Shown one piece after another: positions 61,715-64,000 of a stretch of 64,000 nucleotides of DNA. The position numbers and the translations under genes are program-made. Below the pieces are notes generated by a model. That model was not told the origin of the DNA, did no database searches, and was given only the letters and a program-made list of their open reading frames with translations. Origin of the DNA: an uncultured Anaerolineaceae bacterium (GTDB lineage: Bacteria > Chloroflexota > Dehalococcoidia > Tepidiformales > Tepidiformaceae); the NCBI GenBank assembly GCA_964632355.1, contig CAZWBW010000001.1, positions 21,973-85,972 on the forward strand, in the 5' to 3' direction. How positions within the stretch are numbered: position 1 is the first letter of the stretch; each line of letters starts with the position of its first letter.

Positions 61715-62508
61715 CCCAGCCGCTCGTCCCGCCCATCGACCGGCCCGTGAACCTGGCGGAGTACGACCCGGACTACACAGCTGGCCTCGATAAGCGCGAG
61801 GCGAAGGACGAGTTGCAGGACCTGCGCAAGCGGATCGACGAACTCCAGAGACTGCTCTACGCCGACGGGCGCTTCGCGGTGCTGGTGCTCTTCCAGGGCA
61901 TCGACACCTCCGGGAAAGACAGCACCATCAACAGCGTGTTCCAGGTCGCGGGGCCCATTGGCTGCTCCGTGGTGAGCTTTGGCCCACCCACCGATGAGGA
62001 ACTCGCTCACGACTACCTCTGGCGCTACCACCGGCATACGCCTCGCCGCGGCCACATCACCGTCTTCAACCGTTCGCACTACGAAGCGGTGCTCGCCGAG
62101 CGCGTCCAGGGCATTGTCCCGCCCGAGGCCTGGCGCCGCCGCTACGACGAGCTCAACGCGTTCGAGCGCTACCTGTCGCAGGGAACCGTGATTCTGAAGT
62201 TCTTCCTGCACATCTCGAACGACGAGCAGCGCGAACGCCTCCAGGCACGCATCGATACCCCTCGGAAGCGGTGGAAGTTCAATCGCGCCGATCTTGAAGA
62301 GCGCCGCCACTGGGACGACTACATGGCCGCCAGTGCCGACATGCTGACCTTCTGTAACACCCGGGAGGCGCCGTGGTGCATCGTCCCGGCGAACAGGAAG
62401 TGGGTGCGGGACCTCTTCGTTGCCCGGACCGTGGTCGAGCGCCTCGAACGGCTCCAGCTTCGGTACCCGGAGCCCGAGGCGGGCATCGAAGGCATCGTCG
62501 TCGAGTAG
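61711..62508 (+). CDS. ppk2: Polyphosphate kinase 2 family (polyphosphate:nucleotide phosphotransferase)
   Basis: The GTG overlaps the upstream stop (GTGA). It has the P-loop FQGIDTSGKDSTI, and also YLWRYHRHTP.RG.I.VFNRSHYE and RWKFN..D. Confidence 0.85.
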   Translation: MTQPLVPPIDRPVNLAEYDPDYTAGLDKREAKDELQDLRKRIDELQRLLYADGRFAVLVLFQGIDTSGKDSTINSVFQVAGPIGCSVVSFGPPTDEELAHDYLWRYHRHTPRRGHITVFNRSHYEAVLAERVQGIVPPEAWRRRYDELNAFERYLSQGTVILKFFLHISNDEQRERLQARIDTPRKRWKFNRADLEERRHWDDYMAASADMLTFCNTREAPWCIVPANRKWVRDLFVARTVVERLERLQLRYPEPEAGIEGIVVE

Positions 62509-62543
62509 CGTTGGAGTTGCCCGCGCCGTCGTACACTTCGCCC

Positions 62544-63416
62544 ATGACCAGCACCCGGGGCGCGGACGAACGAGCGGAACGGCATCGGGTCGAAGAACTG
62601 CTGCTCGACGAGATTACCGACCAGCTCGACCGAACGCGCCGCCTGCTCATGGGGAACCCCGAAGCTGCCGCGGAGGCCGCCCTCGCTCGCGCAGGCCGCG
62701 AGCAAGAGGCCGAACTCCGCATCGCCGCGGAGCTCGCGGTTACGGAGCCGCTCGCAGATCCCGGCCGGTTCCCGGAAGCGCACCGCCTCGTCGTACGCGC
62801 GCTCGAAGTGCTCGACCGCGAAGGTTCGCGGCATCCGCCGGCGCCCAGATTCGGTCCGCTGACGCCGCTCTTCACGTTCGCCATCGAATTCGTCGTCGAC
62901 TACATCGTGAAGTCCTACGCGCGGGACATCGTCGGGAAGCTCCAGACCCTGTATGCGCGCCGAGAGGCGCAGTGTCCCCCTGGGCGTCCGGAGCGGCGGC
63001 AACTTGCCCGCGCGCGAATGGAGGTCGACCGCATCGCGCCGGGGTTCCAGGGTGGCGGTCTCGCCGCGCCGCTGCTCGTTGGCGCAGGCGCCGCGCTGCC
63101 CCTCCTCGCCTCGGTCACTGACTACCTTGGCGCGGTCAACCTCCGCAACCCCTATGTCGTCTGGGCCGGGCTCGCCGCGGTGTTCGTGGTATTCCTGTTC
63201 CTCTCGACCGTGTTGCTGCGTGGGGCCGCGGTAGCCCACCGCCGTTCGCGGCTCATCATGGAGCAGCCGCTCGCCGCTCTGTGGCAGACCATCGGCGCGG
63301 CCGGCAACCCGCCGGAGGACAAGAGCGTCATCATCGCCACCATCTCTGTCCTGCTGACCGCGCTCGTTTGGGTGGTCCTGCCCGTCGCCGCCGTGGTGGT
63401 GTTCGTGCTGGACTAA
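62544..63416 (+). CDS. Hypothetical membrane protein
   Basis: 290 aa. A helical, charged N-terminal half is followed by 3-4 TM helices. I recognise no family. Confidence 0.45.
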   Translation: MTSTRGADERAERHRVEELLLDEITDQLDRTRRLLMGNPEAAAEAALARAGREQEAELRIAAELAVTEPLADPGRFPEAHRLVVRALEVLDREGSRHPPAPRFGPLTPLFTFAIEFVVDYIVKSYARDIVGKLQTLYARREAQCPPGRPERRQLARARMEVDRIAPGFQGGGLAAPLLVGAGAALPLLASVTDYLGAVNLRNPYVVWAGLAAVFVVFLFLSTVLLRGAAVAHRRSRLIMEQPLAALWQTIGAAGNPPEDKSVIIATISVLLTALVWVVLPVAAVVVFVLD

Positions 63417-63670
63417 CCGCGAAGCAGCTCGGTCAACCGGTCCTCGAGAACATTCCCGCGGATCGGCGCCTTCGCGACCTCTGCGCCATCGAGCGTGACC
63501 ACGGGAATCTCGTACAGGTACCGGCGGTGTAACTCGTCGTCGGCCTCGATGTTGACCAGTTCCAGTTCGAACCCGAGCTCCGGAGCGAGCCGCCGCAACT
63601 CACCTTCGGCGTCGTCGCACAGGTGACAGCCTGGCCGTCCGTACAGGGTTACAACGGGACGCGCGCCCAT
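63413..63670 (-). CDS. Glutaredoxin-like (DUF836-type) small thioredoxin-fold protein
   Basis: The sequence is VTLYGRPGCHLCDDA...EIPVV. Length is 85 aa. Confidence 0.75.
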   Translation of the reverse strand: MGARPVVTLYGRPGCHLCDDAEGELRRLAPELGFELELVNIEADDELHRRYLYEIPVVTLDGAEVAKAPIRGNVLEDRLTELLRG

Positions 63671-63673
63671 CGC

Positions 63674-64000
63674 TCAGGCGGAAGCCGCTTGCTCGGCTTC
63701 CTGCTGGTCGCCCTCGCTATCGCCCCAGACACGCTCCGCGTACTCACGGGTGATCGGGCCCGGCCAGCGAAGGAAGATGCCCGCGAGGATGATCGCCGCG
63801 CCGACGATGAGGCCGCTCACGAGCTGCGGAATCGGGATATCCCAAAGCGTCTGCTCGTCGTTCCGGAAGAACGAGAGGAAGAACCGCATCACGCCGTAGA
63901 GCAGCATGTAGCAGGCGAACACCCAGCCCGGGGCCTTCAGCCAGCGCCGCGCAACGAACAGCAGGATCGCGAGGATGATGAAGTCGCCGATGAGCTCGTA
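63674..64000 (-). CDS. lgt: Prolipoprotein diacylglyceryl transferase, C-terminal part (5' end outside window)
   Basis: The frame is open to the window edge. The sequence YELIGDFIILAILLF...GWVFACYMLLYGVMRFFLSFFRND resembles the Lgt C-terminal region (LYE...Y..YG..RF..EFFR). Confidence 0.7.
   Translation of the reverse strand, partial: YELIGDFIILAILLFVARRWLKAPGWVFACYMLLYGVMRFFLSFFRNDEQTLWDIPIPQLVSGLIVGAAIILAGIFLRWPGPITREYAERVWGDSEGDQQEAEQAASA

Noticed and set aside
1-64000. A whole-window scan for CRISPR arrays, transposases, integrases, phage genes, rRNA, tRNA and known defence-system hallmarks.
   Set aside because: I found no regularly spaced direct repeats. I found no DDE or tyrosine/serine recombinase motifs. 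Apart from the RmuC- and RecF-type housekeeping proteins, I found no nuclease or ATPase pairs resembling known defence systems. The terminator hairpins differ in sequence, so they are not a REP family.

Overview
Gene-dense segment of a high-GC bacterial chromosome (about two-thirds G+C by eye). It is mostly core and housekeeping genes. I support about 70 CDS. These include etfBA, a heterodimeric ABC exporter, surE, thpR, rimO, menG-menA, recF, nagA, an LCP protein, tsaE-tsaB, ndk, two ABC-2 ATPase/permease pairs, ruvB, lipB, rimI, rsmE, rmuC, coaX-coaBC, PPK2 and lgt. F420/LLM- and PPOX-type enzymes, menaquinone genes, LCP and PASTA domains and strong Shine-Dalgarno sites suggest a Chloroflexota/Thermomicrobia-like or Actinomycetota-like organism. 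I cannot resolve the taxon without a database search. I found no rRNA, tRNA, CRISPR array, transposase, integrase or prophage signature. Many very long ORFs in the six-frame track are antisense 'shadow' ORFs typical of high-GC DNA, and I rejected them. The strongest find is a cobalamin riboswitch at about 16122-16216 on the minus strand, which I recognised by reading the sequence. It sits in front of a tightly coupled five-gene operon (10718-15975). The operon encodes a surface-anchored prenyltransferase/squalene-cyclase-repeat (alpha/alpha-toroid) protein, EcfT, a fused EcfA-A' ATPase, a surface-anchored Cys-rich DUF4430-like protein and an S-component-like membrane protein. I interpret this as an ECF corrinoid importer with a 'split transcobalamin-like' extracellular capture module. 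Secondary observations are: a lipoyl/E2-like protein next to lipB that has lost both the lipoyl-lysine and the catalytic His; a RodZ-like HTH protein ending in a PASTA domain; a degenerate stand-alone receiver; an AbfD/HpaB-family protein without Fe-S ligands paired with a family III CoA-transferase; an orphan Q-rich vWA protein; and a PPOX-like/PPK2 translationally coupled pair. All functional calls rest on motif-level recognition by eye, and none was confirmed by a search.
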